The translations under genes and the position numbers were made by a program. Below the pieces are notes generated by a model that made no database searches, was not told the DNA's origin, and saw only the letters and a program-made list of their open reading frames with translations. From contig WGNN01000088.1 in NCBI GenBank assembly GCA_016124515.1, positions 15,392-79,391 on the forward strand: a DNA stretch of 64,000 nucleotides, written 5' to 3'. The stretch is from a bacterium (lineage in GTDB: Bacteria; Bacteroidota; Bacteroidia; CAILMK01; JACPUW01). Each line of letters starts with the position of its first letter. Position 1 is the first letter of the stretch. This document shows, piece after piece, positions 26,399 to 36,087 of this stretch.

Positions 26399-26660
26399 TT
26401 ACCGGGGGAATTATTGCCACCACATCGGCTTGTTTCAGTTCGTAGCCATCGCTTTGGTACTGTTCATTTACCGCAAAAGCTATATCGGCAAGCCGTTTCA
26501 ATTCAGGATAGTTTTCTAAAAGGAGTTTTCTCAGGTCGCCAAGTTGTGTGCCATCAAAATGCAGGTCTATGCTTCTTTGCCCCACGGCATCGGCTGCAAA
26601 GCCAAAAAACAATAATTTTATTTGTACTTCTTGTTCCATTTCTTGTTCAAAACTACACAA
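26388..26660 (-). CDS. moaD: Molybdopterin synthase sulfur-carrier subunit MoaD
   Basis: It is a small ThiS/MoaD-fold ORF ending in the diagnostic C-terminal Gly-Gly (...IIPPVSGG). The start may be the Met at 26639. Confidence 0.85.
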   Translation of the reverse strand: MCSFEQEMEQEVQIKLLFFGFAADAVGQRSIDLHFDGTQLGDLRKLLLENYPELKRLADIAFAVNEQYQSDGYELKQADVVAIIPPVSGG

Positions 26661-27584
26661 TCACAAGGCAGCTACACGTTTCAAAAGCTCATTTGCCAAG
26701 GCATCCAAACGGTTTTCTTCCACCGGGGGCGCAAGTTGCAGGTCAAAGGGCTGTTTTCGCAGCCAGGTTTCCTGTCGTTTGGCGTAGTTTCTTGTGTGTT
26801 GTTTTATTAAATCAATGGCGGTATTAAGGTCGTGTTTTCCTTCAAAAAAATCGAAAAGCTCGCTGTAACCCACGGTTTGAAGGGCGTTTAGTTGTCTGTG
26901 CTCAAACAAACTTCGCGCTTCATCAAGTTGTCCGGCCTGCATCATTTGCTCCACTCTTTGGTTTATTCGCTCATAAAGCAAAGGCCTGGGCAGGGCAAGT
27001 TGTATGTGATACGTACCAAAACCGCGTGTTTCGTCTTTGCGGCCAATAAAACTTGAATAGGGTCTTCCTGTTTGCAAACAAACTTCCAATGCCCTGAAAA
27101 CGCGCCTTGGATTTTCGGCATCAATGCTGCGTGCCGTTTCAGGATCAAGCAGCTCTAGTTGGGCAAATAAGGCAGCCAAGCCTTCCGTTTCGAGCCGCTT
27201 GTTCAGTTGCTGCCTCAGTTCAGCATCAACCGGTGGAAAATGGTCGAGCCCCTGCAATACAGCTTTTACAAACAAACCTGAGCCACCTACCAGTATGGCC
27301 GTTTTGTTGGCACGAAAATGTTGGTTGAGTGCTTTGCTGCAATCTTTCTCGTATTGCCCCGCCGAGTAGTGATCGTGTATGGAAATGTGCCCGATAAAAT
27401 GGTGTTTTACCTGCGCGAGTTCATCGGTTGCGGGTTTGGCCACGCCAATATGCAGCTCGCGGTAAAACTGCCTCGAATCAGCTGAAAAAATTTCGGTTTT
27501 GAGCTTTTGGGCCAGCGATATGGCAAAGTTGGTTTTGCCCACCGCAGTTGGTCCTGATATAACTATAAGAAGGGGTTTTGTCAC
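26661..27584 (-). CDS. miaA: tRNA dimethylallyltransferase MiaA
   Basis: 307 aa. It has the P-loop ISGPTAVGKT and the motifs FSADSRQFYREL.IG and HH.IGH. Its stop codon directly abuts the moaD ORF start. Confidence 0.95.
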   Translation of the reverse strand: MTKPLLIVISGPTAVGKTNFAISLAQKLKTEIFSADSRQFYRELHIGVAKPATDELAQVKHHFIGHISIHDHYSAGQYEKDCSKALNQHFRANKTAILVGGSGLFVKAVLQGLDHFPPVDAELRQQLNKRLETEGLAALFAQLELLDPETARSIDAENPRRVFRALEVCLQTGRPYSSFIGRKDETRGFGTYHIQLALPRPLLYERINQRVEQMMQAGQLDEARSLFEHRQLNALQTVGYSELFDFFEGKHDLNTAIDLIKQHTRNYAKRQETWLRKQPFDLQLAPPVEENRLDALANELLKRVAAL

Positions 27585-27594
27585 CTTTCAGCAA

Positions 27595-28140
27595 CTAATA
27601 GTCGTCGTATTCGCCTTCAAAATCTTCGTAGAAATAGTCGTCGTCACCACCGCCTTCTCTAAAGAGGTCTTCGGCAATGTGGTCGGTAGAGTTTTCTTCC
27701 AAAAGCTTGCTTCTCGCTTCATCAGGATTTGGCACTTTTCCGTTTTCGTGCACCAAAACCGGGTAGGCCATGCTCGCTATTTTGTCGGTTATTTCTACAA
27801 ATTCAATGCGCAGTACCCACATCAACAGCATATCGTATTCGTAAATAAGGCTTGGACGCTCCTGATTGATGGCCGCGACGGTTTTTACGTCAGACATGCA
27901 GGCACTTTCTATTTCGCTGCCTTCTTCTACAATGCGAATCATGGGTATTTCCTGTTGTCGCTCCCACTTGGTGTTGCACAACCAAAAAGAAGCCATTTCG
28001 CCTGCATTAAAATCAAAAGCTGCCAATATGGTAAGGTGTAGGTCTTCAAGCGTAGTATCAAGGTCTATATCCACCACCCGCTCTATAGTTGTCTCTTTCT
28101 CAAAGTAGATTTTAAGCCTTATGGCTTTTTGGTCATTCAT
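27595..28140 (-). CDS. Hypothetical protein, PRiA4b-ORF3-like N-terminal pattern with a strongly acidic tail
   Basis: 181 aa. IRLKIYFE...IERVVDIDLDTTLEDLHLTILAAFDFNAGEMASFWL resembles the PRiA4_ORF3 / IS1096-passenger TnpR-like family. The C-terminus is GGGDDDYFYEDFEGEYDDY. Its ATG overlaps the stop of the upstream nucleotidyltransferase gene (ATGA). Confidence 0.55.
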   Translation of the reverse strand: MNDQKAIRLKIYFEKETTIERVVDIDLDTTLEDLHLTILAAFDFNAGEMASFWLCNTKWERQQEIPMIRIVEEGSEIESACMSDVKTVAAINQERPSLIYEYDMLLMWVLRIEFVEITDKIASMAYPVLVHENGKVPNPDEARSKLLEENSTDHIAEDLFREGGGDDDYFYEDFEGEYDDY

Positions 28141-29588
28141 AATTTTTTGTTTGCAGTTAATCCTAAATCGGTTCCCACTTTTTTCATCAATTCATAGGCC
28201 ATATCAAAGTCGTTTTCTATTTCACCATTCATAATAGCCTCTTTAATGTGTTCTTTAATAACTCCTATTTCGCGCGAAGGTTCAATTCCGAAAAACTGCA
28301 TGATATGATCACCCGAAATGGGGTTTTTCCAATTGCGCAGTTTATCGCGCTCTTCCACCATTTTTACCTTTTGCTGCACACTTTCAAAGCCTTTTATTAC
28401 ACGACGCACCTTGTTGGGGTTTTTGCTTGTGATGTCGGCTTTGCAAAGTTTAAAAAGGTCTTCAATGTCGTCGCCGGCATCTACTATCAGCCTTCGCACG
28501 GCACTATCGGTTACATCTTGTACCAGGGCAATGGGTCGCAAATGCAGGTTTACCAGTTTTTGTACATATTTCATTTGCTCGCCCAGCGGAAGCTTAAGAC
28601 GGGTAAAGATGGTCTTAACCATACGTGCCCCCACTACTTCGTGTCCGTGGAAGGTCCATCCGGCTTTTTTGTCGAAGCGTTTGGTCGGCGCCTTGCCCAC
28701 ATCGTGCAGCAGGGCGGCCCAGCGCAACCATAAATCGCCCGAAACGCTACTCAGGTTGTCGAGCACTTTTAGTGTATGGTAAAAATTGTCTTTGTGGCTC
28801 ACTCCTTCCCTGTCTTCTACCCCATAAAGCGCCGTGAGTTCAGGCAAAATATATTGGAGCAAACCGCTTGTAAAGAGCAAATCAAAACCTACGGATGGCT
28901 TGGGGCTCAGCATTATTTTGTTGAGTTCGTCAGAAATGCGCTCTTGCGAAATGATGGCAATGCGGTCTTTTTGGGCGGTAATGGCTTCAAAAGAAGGTTC
29001 GCTGATTTGAAACCTGAGTTGGCTGGCAAAACGCACGGCCCGCATCATGCGCAGTGGATCGTCGCTGTAGGTTATTTCGGCATCAAGTGGGGTTCTTATT
29101 ATGCCCTTTCGCAGGTCGGCCACGCCGTTGTAGGTATCAATCAACTCACCAAAGTTAGCTTCATTGAGGGCAATGGCCAAGGTATTGATGGTAAAGTCGC
29201 GTCGGGCTATGTCGTCGGCAAACGACCCGCTCTCTACTATGGGTTTGCGCGAACCGCGTTGGTATGATTCTTTTCTTGCCCCAACAAACTCTATTTCAAA
29301 GCCGTCGGCCATTCTGATATTGGCGGTTCCAAAGTTTTTAAAATAGCTGAAATTGCCTTTATTGATATGTTCATGCACTTTTTGTGCAAATTGAACACCA
29401 TCGCCCACCACCAAAATATCGGCATCCTTGCAAGGACGTTTCAGCAGCAAGTCGCGCACAAAACCACCTACCAGATAGGCTTTGAGTCCCGAATTGTCAG
29501 CAATGGCCCCAACATCTTTAAACAGGTTGTATTCCTTATGTTGTTCTAAATCGCTTAGTCGCATCAAAGTATGCAGGTGGCGGGGCAC
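28137..29588 (-). CDS. tRNA nucleotidyltransferase (CCA-adding)/poly(A) polymerase family enzyme with HD domain
   Basis: 483 aa. The nucleotidyltransferase motif is GGFVRDLLL...DADILV, with RDFTINTLA and the HD motif ALLHDVGK. The start may be the Met at 29564. Confidence 0.9.
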   Translation of the reverse strand: MPRHLHTLMRLSDLEQHKEYNLFKDVGAIADNSGLKAYLVGGFVRDLLLKRPCKDADILVVGDGVQFAQKVHEHINKGNFSYFKNFGTANIRMADGFEIEFVGARKESYQRGSRKPIVESGSFADDIARRDFTINTLAIALNEANFGELIDTYNGVADLRKGIIRTPLDAEITYSDDPLRMMRAVRFASQLRFQISEPSFEAITAQKDRIAIISQERISDELNKIMLSPKPSVGFDLLFTSGLLQYILPELTALYGVEDREGVSHKDNFYHTLKVLDNLSSVSGDLWLRWAALLHDVGKAPTKRFDKKAGWTFHGHEVVGARMVKTIFTRLKLPLGEQMKYVQKLVNLHLRPIALVQDVTDSAVRRLIVDAGDDIEDLFKLCKADITSKNPNKVRRVIKGFESVQQKVKMVEERDKLRNWKNPISGDHIMQFFGIEPSREIGVIKEHIKEAIMNGEIENDFDMAYELMKKVGTDLGLTANKKL

Positions 29589-29609
29589 CTTGCGGTTTTT
29601 TGGAGGTTG

Positions 29610-31403
29610 TTACTTCTTTTTCTTACCTGACTTTTGTTGTTGCTGTTGCAAAGCTTGCTGCTTGCGTTGCTGTTTTTCAAGCCAATCCTGCATTTTGCCT
29701 TGCACTCCGCCTCCACCGGCGCTTGCGCCCTTGTTTTTGCGGCGTTCATCTATTTGTGCACGCAATTTGTCTTCGTCAACAAAAGCTTTAAACAAAAAGG
29801 TTTGACCAATTGACATCAGGTTGGCCAGAAAATAATAATAGCTCAACGCGGCTGAATAGCTGTTCAAAAACGAAAGAAATACAATTGGCATGATGTATGG
29901 CAGGTATTTGAGTTCCTTTTGTTGTGGTGGTTGGTAGCTTTGGTTGATAACGGTATAAACAAAAGTGGAAATGGTCATGAGCAAAGCAAACAAACTGATG
30001 TGGTCGCCGTAAAATGGAATATTGAATCCGAAATCGTAAACCGAATCGTAGGAAGACAAGTCGGTAACCCACAAAAATGACTTTTGGCGGAGCTCAAACG
30101 AATTGGGGAAAAAGTTGAACAAGGCGAGCAGAATGGGCATTTGCACCAACATGGGCAGGCAGCCGCCAAACGGACTCACGCCGGTGGCTTGATACAGTTT
30201 CATTTGCTCTGATTGCTGTGCCTGCATGTCGCCGTCAAATTTTTTCTTGATGGCATCAAGTTCGGGTTTCAGCACGCGCATTTTGGCCCCGGAAAGGAAG
30301 CTTTTGTAGGTAAAAAACAAAAGAACACCTTTGAATAAAATGGTGAGTACCAATATGATAATACCGTAATTGGAAGTAACCTTACTGAGCAAATTGAACA
30401 CCGGAATAACCAAAAAGCGGTTTACCCAGCCAAATATGCCCCAGCCAAGGTTTACCACCCGCTCCAGCTGTATGTCGTATTTTGATAAGGTAGAATAGTG
30501 GTTTGGTGCAAAAATGAACCTGAACTTGTGCTGGCTTTCCTGCGGCAAATCCATGCTTGCGTGTAGTTCTTTGATATAATTAGCATCCGGTTCATACTTC
30601 TGTGTGAGGTAGCCTTTTTTAAATCCATCCTCAGGAATAAGGGTTTGGTTGAAAAACTGCTGTTTAAAGGAAATCCAGGCTACACCAGTTTCTTCGCCCA
30701 CTTCTTCGTCATCGTCGTTTTTGCGTTCCGAAACGTAGTCGGGCTCCTCGCCATTTTCTTTAAAATAAACCGAGGTTTTCAGCCTTTCGTTTTGCGCCAA
30801 ATGCTCCTGTTGCAATATGCGTTCGGTCCAAACCAACTGCTCGGGTTGTGGTCCTTGCCAGTTTGATTCAAAACCCAGTATGAAATCATTTTCGCTGATG
30901 TTGAACTCATGGGTAACTTTTCCGCCGTCGATAGTGGCTGTCAATACCACACTTTGCTCATTTGCCTCCACTTTGTTGAACCACAACTCATTGGTATTGT
31001 GGTTGTTGTTGTAGGTAAATGAAAAATAGTTGTTGCCCGGCGTGGTAAGCACCAAGTCTGTTGAGTCGCCGCGTTGGTAGTCTTTGAGTTGAATAAAAGC
31101 CACTTTGCCACCGTGGTTTGATATTTTCACCACCATTTTTTCGTTTTCGAGTGTGTATAACTCTTCGAGGGCGGCCACTTGGGCGGCGGCGGAATCAACG
31201 GCAGCGGCAGAGTCGTTCAGGGCCGATAAGGTTGTGGCATTTTCTCCCACGAGGTCCTTATTTGCCATGTTTTCAACCGCTTCAAGGCTATCAAGTCTTT
31301 TTTGCTCTTTTATCAATTCATCCTCCGATGTTCTATTAAAAATAGAAAATGCTATCACTAGCACAACGAGCAATGAAATTCCAATTATCTGGTTTTTATC
31401 CAT
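29610..31403 (-). CDS. yidC: Membrane protein insertase YidC (long Bacteroidota form)
   Basis: 597 aa with an N-terminal TM, a large periplasmic domain, and a conserved 60-kDa insertase core (GCLPMLVQMPILLALF). The C-terminal tail is basic. Confidence 0.95.
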   Translation of the reverse strand: MDKNQIIGISLLVVLVIAFSIFNRTSEDELIKEQKRLDSLEAVENMANKDLVGENATTLSALNDSAAAVDSAAAQVAALEELYTLENEKMVVKISNHGGKVAFIQLKDYQRGDSTDLVLTTPGNNYFSFTYNNNHNTNELWFNKVEANEQSVVLTATIDGGKVTHEFNISENDFILGFESNWQGPQPEQLVWTERILQQEHLAQNERLKTSVYFKENGEEPDYVSERKNDDDEEVGEETGVAWISFKQQFFNQTLIPEDGFKKGYLTQKYEPDANYIKELHASMDLPQESQHKFRFIFAPNHYSTLSKYDIQLERVVNLGWGIFGWVNRFLVIPVFNLLSKVTSNYGIIILVLTILFKGVLLFFTYKSFLSGAKMRVLKPELDAIKKKFDGDMQAQQSEQMKLYQATGVSPFGGCLPMLVQMPILLALFNFFPNSFELRQKSFLWVTDLSSYDSVYDFGFNIPFYGDHISLFALLMTISTFVYTVINQSYQPPQQKELKYLPYIMPIVFLSFLNSYSAALSYYYFLANLMSIGQTFLFKAFVDEDKLRAQIDERRKNKGASAGGGGVQGKMQDWLEKQQRKQQALQQQQQKSGKKKK

Positions 31404-31477
31404 TTACGAATGGTTTCAAAATATGGGCTGCAAAAATAGAAATATATCCTTCTAAGACTTAGTATTTACTTTGCAGC

Positions 31478-32434
31478 ATGCACTTAAAAATAGGAAAGGA
31501 TTTAGATTTGGCTCGCCGGCTTATTATGGATGGCGAGTTGGTGGCCATACCCACCGAAACGGTTTATGGCCTTGCCGCAAATGCTTTTAACGAGGAAGCG
31601 GTAGCTCGAATTTTTGAGGTAAAAAAGCGCCCCAAATTTGATCCGCTCATAGTGCACTGTGCCCATCTGCAGGCGGCTGCCGAGTTGGCAAAGGAATGGC
31701 CCGAACCCTTGCAGCAATTGGCTGAAAAGTTTTGGCCGGGTCCGCTTACCCTAGTTGTTGAGAAACAGGATAAAATACCTGATTTGGTTACTGCCGGCTT
31801 GCCTACGGTGGGTCTCAGAGTGCCGGCGCATCCGCTCACGCTCGATTTGCTCTATATTCTCGATGTGCCATTAGCTGCACCAAGCGCCAATCCTTTTACC
31901 TATGTGAGTCCAACTACGCCTTTTCACGTCCTACAACAACTGGGCGATGACATTCCATACATACTCGATGGAGAAGCGTGTACGGTAGGAATTGAATCAA
32001 CCATAGTGAGGTACAACGGAAAGGCCATCGAAATTCTTCGTTTGGGTGGTTTATCAACTGAATCTATTGCCGAAACCGTGGATTGCGAAGTGCTGGTAAA
32101 AAGTGGCGAAAACGGTCAAAACGTGCCAGGAAGCTTTAAAAAGCACTATTCAAATAGTAAAAGGATCGTGTTGTTTGAAAACGGTGAATTGCTGCCAAGG
32201 GCCGGGAAAAATGAAGCGATTTTGTTTTTTAATAAACCTGCTAATATGCCCGAGAATTCCAGGTGGTTTTACCTAACCGAAAACAATGATACGCACGTGG
32301 CTGCGGCACAATTGTTTGGCAAACTACGCGAGCTTGATCAGCCCGAAATTGAAACTATTTATATAGAGAAAGCACCCGCCACCGGCTTAGGCCCTGCCAT
32401 TAACGAAAGATTGGGCAGGGCGGCGCATCAATAG
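31478..32434 (+). CDS. tsaC: L-threonylcarbamoyladenylate synthase (Sua5/YrdC type)
   Basis: 318 aa. It has a YrdC domain (IPTETVYGLAANA, KKRP..DPLIVH, PSAN) followed by a Sua5 C-terminal domain. Confidence 0.9.
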   Translation: MHLKIGKDLDLARRLIMDGELVAIPTETVYGLAANAFNEEAVARIFEVKKRPKFDPLIVHCAHLQAAAELAKEWPEPLQQLAEKFWPGPLTLVVEKQDKIPDLVTAGLPTVGLRVPAHPLTLDLLYILDVPLAAPSANPFTYVSPTTPFHVLQQLGDDIPYILDGEACTVGIESTIVRYNGKAIEILRLGGLSTESIAETVDCEVLVKSGENGQNVPGSFKKHYSNSKRIVLFENGELLPRAGKNEAILFFNKPANMPENSRWFYLTENNDTHVAAAQLFGKLRELDQPEIETIYIEKAPATGLGPAINERLGRAAHQ

Positions 32435-32449
32435 GGCAAAGCTCGTTTG

Positions 32450-33892
32450 CTATTCAATTCCTTTAAAAAAGCGGTTCCAGCGGATTTTGCTGCCAAAGTC
32501 GTCTTGCGATTTGTCGTAAGAGAACCAGATGAAAAGGGCTTTTCCTACTATATGGTCTTCGGGTACAAAGCCCCAGAAACGCGAGTCGAGCGAATTGTGG
32601 CGGTTGTCTCCCATCATCCAATAATAGTCCATCTTAAACTCATATTCTTCAATGGGTTCCCAGTCGCCGCCTTCTTTGCGCAGTTCTACGGTCCCGTCGT
32701 TTTTCAAGCGCAGGTCCCCTGCATTTTCGTAGGTTGCTATGCACTCTTTGTACAAATGGTAGGTGGTATCATTCAGTTTTACCTTGGCTCCTTTTTTCGG
32801 AATCCAAATTTTGCCAAAGTTGTGAATGGTCCAATGCATGTTGAATCCGCCGAAATTCATGAACATATTCGGGTCGTTTGATTCCACCATTTCCACCGAT
32901 TTCACAATGGAAATTTGCTTCAGTTTCTCCGCGGAGGCAGGCGTCATGTGCATGATGTAGCGCAACTGTCCACTTGCATTTTGCCCAATGGGATTCATGT
33001 CGTAGTCGTACAAACTTATATCGCAACTGTTCAGGTCGTCTTTTGAAAGTCGGTATCTATCAACCAATATTTCGTACCTGAACTGCACATTTTCGGGGAA
33101 TGGTTGTTCTTGGCCATTCACAAAAACCACGTCGTTTTTTATTTGCAGCTCATCGCCGGGCAGGGCAATGCAGCGTTTTATGTAGTTGTCTTTTTTGTCA
33201 ACCGGGCGGCTCAAATCGGCCGGATAATTGAAAACCACCACATCGCCGCGTTCTATTTCTTCGAAACCACCAATGCGATAATAGGGTAATTTAATCCACT
33301 CCAAGTATGATTTGGTGCCTTTGGTAAGTGGCATGGTATTGTGGGCAAAAGGAAATGAAAGCGGGGTTTCAGGAATTCTTGGGCCGTAATTGACCTTGCT
33401 CACAAACAAAAAGTCGCCTACCAGCAGCGAGTTTTCCATTGAAGGTGTGGGAATAGTAAAAGCTTCAATCAAAAACCACCTGATGAGTGTAGCCGCCACT
33501 ACGGCAAATAATATGGAGTCGGTCCAGTCGCGCAGGGTAGATTTTTGAATTTTGGGCAATTCAGTTGCCGGGGCATTCCACTCAACCTTGTCGTCGAACG
33601 ACATGTAGGCAAAGTAAACCGGTGTGAAAAGCAAACCCAATACATAATCGTGGAAGGCAGTTTTGTCAAACGATTTCAACATATCCATAATCATTTGCGA
33701 GTAGATGAAAATGTTGAGTATGGGCACCAAAAGCAAGAGCAACCACCATTTGGGTCGGCCTGAAAGCTCGAGCCAAGTGTATAAGTTGTAAAAAGGAATG
33801 GCTCCTTTCCAGCCGGGTTCGTTGGCTTTTTCAAATAGTTTGTACGACGACAAGCCTATGAGTACGTACCAGATTACAAAGAAATATAGCAC
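32450..33892 (-). CDS. lepB: Signal peptidase I (long Bacteroidota form)
   Basis: 480 aa. It has the catalytic Ser box IPTPSMENSL, the Lys box YIKRCIALPGD, and GDNRHNSLDSRFWGFVPEDHIVGKA. Confidence 0.9.
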   Translation of the reverse strand: MLYFFVIWYVLIGLSSYKLFEKANEPGWKGAIPFYNLYTWLELSGRPKWWLLLLLVPILNIFIYSQMIMDMLKSFDKTAFHDYVLGLLFTPVYFAYMSFDDKVEWNAPATELPKIQKSTLRDWTDSILFAVVAATLIRWFLIEAFTIPTPSMENSLLVGDFLFVSKVNYGPRIPETPLSFPFAHNTMPLTKGTKSYLEWIKLPYYRIGGFEEIERGDVVVFNYPADLSRPVDKKDNYIKRCIALPGDELQIKNDVVFVNGQEQPFPENVQFRYEILVDRYRLSKDDLNSCDISLYDYDMNPIGQNASGQLRYIMHMTPASAEKLKQISIVKSVEMVESNDPNMFMNFGGFNMHWTIHNFGKIWIPKKGAKVKLNDTTYHLYKECIATYENAGDLRLKNDGTVELRKEGGDWEPIEEYEFKMDYYWMMGDNRHNSLDSRFWGFVPEDHIVGKALFIWFSYDKSQDDFGSKIRWNRFFKGIE

Positions 33893-33900
33893 AGATGGTC

Positions 33901-34617
33901 TTATTTAAAATTGAGTAAATCTTTCATATTGTAAACGCCCTTTTTGCCGGGCAAAAACTCGGCTGCCAGCACACTGCCCAAGGCAAATCCTTTTCTCGAT
34001 TTGGCTTCGTGTCGCAGGGTAATGGTATCTATTTCAGAATCATAAATTACTTCGTGGGTTCCGGGCACTTCGTCTTCGCGGTAAGCCACTATGGGCAATA
34101 CGCCCGCCCCTGCATTTTCAGGATTCGTTTCTTCCCACTTTTGGTAGTGCTTGTGGTGTTGCAGGAGTCCTTGCGCCAGCGAAATAGCCGTGCCACTTGG
34201 TGAGTCTTTTTTGTGGATGTGGTGCGTTTCAGAAATCTGAGCGCTATATCCGGGGGTGTTTTCCATTATTGAGGCAAGCAATTCATTGATTTTAAAAACA
34301 ATGTTGACCCCAACGCTGAAATTGGTGGCATAAAATACCGCGCCTTGCTTTGCTTCACACTCTTTAACCATCTGATCAAAGTGTTGGTACCAACCTGTGG
34401 TGCCCACCACTACGGGAATTTGGTTGGCTATACACCACCTGATATTTTCCATAGCCGACTCGGGCTGGGTAAACTCAATGGCTACATCAACCGCGCCTTT
34501 AAGTTTGTCAAGCTTGTCGTCTTTATTTACGATAGCGCCAATGGTGTGTCCGCGCTCAATGGCAATGGCTTCAATTTCTTTGCCCATTTTGCCGTATCCT
34601 ATCAATCCAATCTTCAT
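33901..34617 (-). CDS. dapB: 4-hydroxy-tetrahydrodipicolinate reductase
   Basis: 238 aa. It has the motifs GYGKMG, VVGTTGW and ETHHIHKKDSPSGTA. Confidence 0.95.
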   Translation of the reverse strand: MKIGLIGYGKMGKEIEAIAIERGHTIGAIVNKDDKLDKLKGAVDVAIEFTQPESAMENIRWCIANQIPVVVGTTGWYQHFDQMVKECEAKQGAVFYATNFSVGVNIVFKINELLASIMENTPGYSAQISETHHIHKKDSPSGTAISLAQGLLQHHKHYQKWEETNPENAGAGVLPIVAYREDEVPGTHEVIYDSEIDTITLRHEAKSRKGFALGSVLAAEFLPGKKGVYNMKDLLNFK

Positions 34618-34620
34618 TTG

Positions 34621-35208
34621 CTAAAAACGGAAGGTCAGCGACATTCCGGTGTATTGTTGTCCGGCAATATTAATAAAGGATGGATGTAATTGCATGGTAA
34701 GGTCATCGGAATTGTCGAATTGGCCCAAGTGTGCCCAAACATAAGCATCCAGAATATTGAGCGCGTAGAAACCGCCGGTAAGAATGATGAACAAATCGCG
34801 CGATTTGTGGAAGCTGTCCATACCGGTTTTGAGCGGACCAATGGTGGTAAAACCATCGCAACCGCTGAACGGCTCGCCTTTGCTAAGGGCAATATAGCCG
34901 CTTTTGTAGCACTTGTATTTGCTGTTGTTGTAGTGCGCCATATAGCCCAAAGTGCCCAATCCTGCGTAGATGATGGGTATTTTTAAACTATGCCACTTGC
35001 CGTTGGTGGCTTGGCCCCAGCCGGGCAAAAGCGCCGATCTGATGGCCGATTTTCGCGCCAACAACTCGTCAGGGTCTATTTCCTTTTTTTCAGCCTTTTT
35101 CTTTTCAGCATTGTCTTGCGCACAAGCCACAAAACTGACCAAAAGCAAGGAAAACAGCCATAGGGTTTTAGCTAAGCTGCTGCAAAAAGTTTTCAAGTTC
35201 ACTTTCAT
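34621..35208 (-). CDS. DUF5683-like membrane protein
   Basis: SALLPGWGQ and a conserved C-terminal half are present. Its position between parB and dapB is typical of Bacteroidota. The start is uncertain. The Met at 35208 still overlaps the parB end by ~40 nt. Confidence 0.65.
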   Translation of the reverse strand: MKVNLKTFCSSLAKTLWLFSLLLVSFVACAQDNAEKKKAEKKEIDPDELLARKSAIRSALLPGWGQATNGKWHSLKIPIIYAGLGTLGYMAHYNNSKYKCYKSGYIALSKGEPFSGCDGFTTIGPLKTGMDSFHKSRDLFIILTGGFYALNILDAYVWAHLGQFDNSDDLTMQLHPSFINIAGQQYTGMSLTFRF

Positions 35209-36073
35209 TGGTAAATGGCAATAAAATTTCGCCTTTGCCATTTGGCTTCAACTTTATTTTCACATTTCGGTTGCATGCCTTGCTGAATTTCTCTTCCCAA
35301 AGCAGGGTGTTGTAGTCGGGCTTTTTTTCTGAAATATTTTTGGTTGCCGGTTCTGCTGATTTTTCTTCCTTCACAGGCCCGTCAAGAATTTCCTTCACCA
35401 AGCGCTCTACTTGTCGCACGCTGTAGTCGTTCTCAAGAATATCTTCAAGCAGCGATTTTTGCCTTTCAGGATCATCAACCACAATCAACGCACGGGCATG
35501 CCCCATTTTAATAAGGTTGGCACGCAGCGCAATTTGCAATTCTGAAGGTAGTTTGAGCAAGCGCAGGTAGTTGGTTACGGTTGAGCGTTTCTTGCCCACC
35601 CTGTTGCCCAATTCTTCCTGGTTCAAGTTGCATTCGTCTATAAGTCGGCGGTACGAGTTGGCCACCTCCATAGCATTCAGGTCTTCGCGCTGTATGTTTT
35701 CTATCAGCGCCATTTCCAGCGTGGTTTGGTCGTCAGCCTCGCGCACGTAGGCGGGTACACTTTCTATACCTGCAAGCAATGAAGCACGGTAACGCCTTTC
35801 GCCCGAAATGATTTGGTACTTGTTGCGCCCCACCTGACGCACCGTAATGGGCTGTATAAGGCCGTGAACTTTTATTGACTGCGAAAGTTCTTCAAGCAAA
35901 TCTTCATCAAACTCAACCCGCGGTTGGTTGGGGTTTGGTTCAATATATTTAAGAGGTATATCGTTGAATTTGTTGACGCTATCGGCTTGTTCGTTCTCCT
36001 TTCTTACTTCTCTTTCGGCGTCCTGAAGCAATGCATTTAATCCTTTTCCTAATGCCATTCTCTTCTTTTGCAT
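35168..36073 (-). CDS. parB: Chromosome partitioning protein ParB
   Basis: 301 aa. It has the ParB box ISGERRYRASLLAG and the HTH NQEELGNRVGKKRSTVTNYLRLL. Confidence 0.95.
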   Translation of the reverse strand: MQKKRMALGKGLNALLQDAEREVRKENEQADSVNKFNDIPLKYIEPNPNQPRVEFDEDLLEELSQSIKVHGLIQPITVRQVGRNKYQIISGERRYRASLLAGIESVPAYVREADDQTTLEMALIENIQREDLNAMEVANSYRRLIDECNLNQEELGNRVGKKRSTVTNYLRLLKLPSELQIALRANLIKMGHARALIVVDDPERQKSLLEDILENDYSVRQVERLVKEILDGPVKEEKSAEPATKNISEKKPDYNTLLWEEKFSKACNRNVKIKLKPNGKGEILLPFTNESELENFLQQLS

Positions 36074-36087
36074 TGAATATGTTGGTA

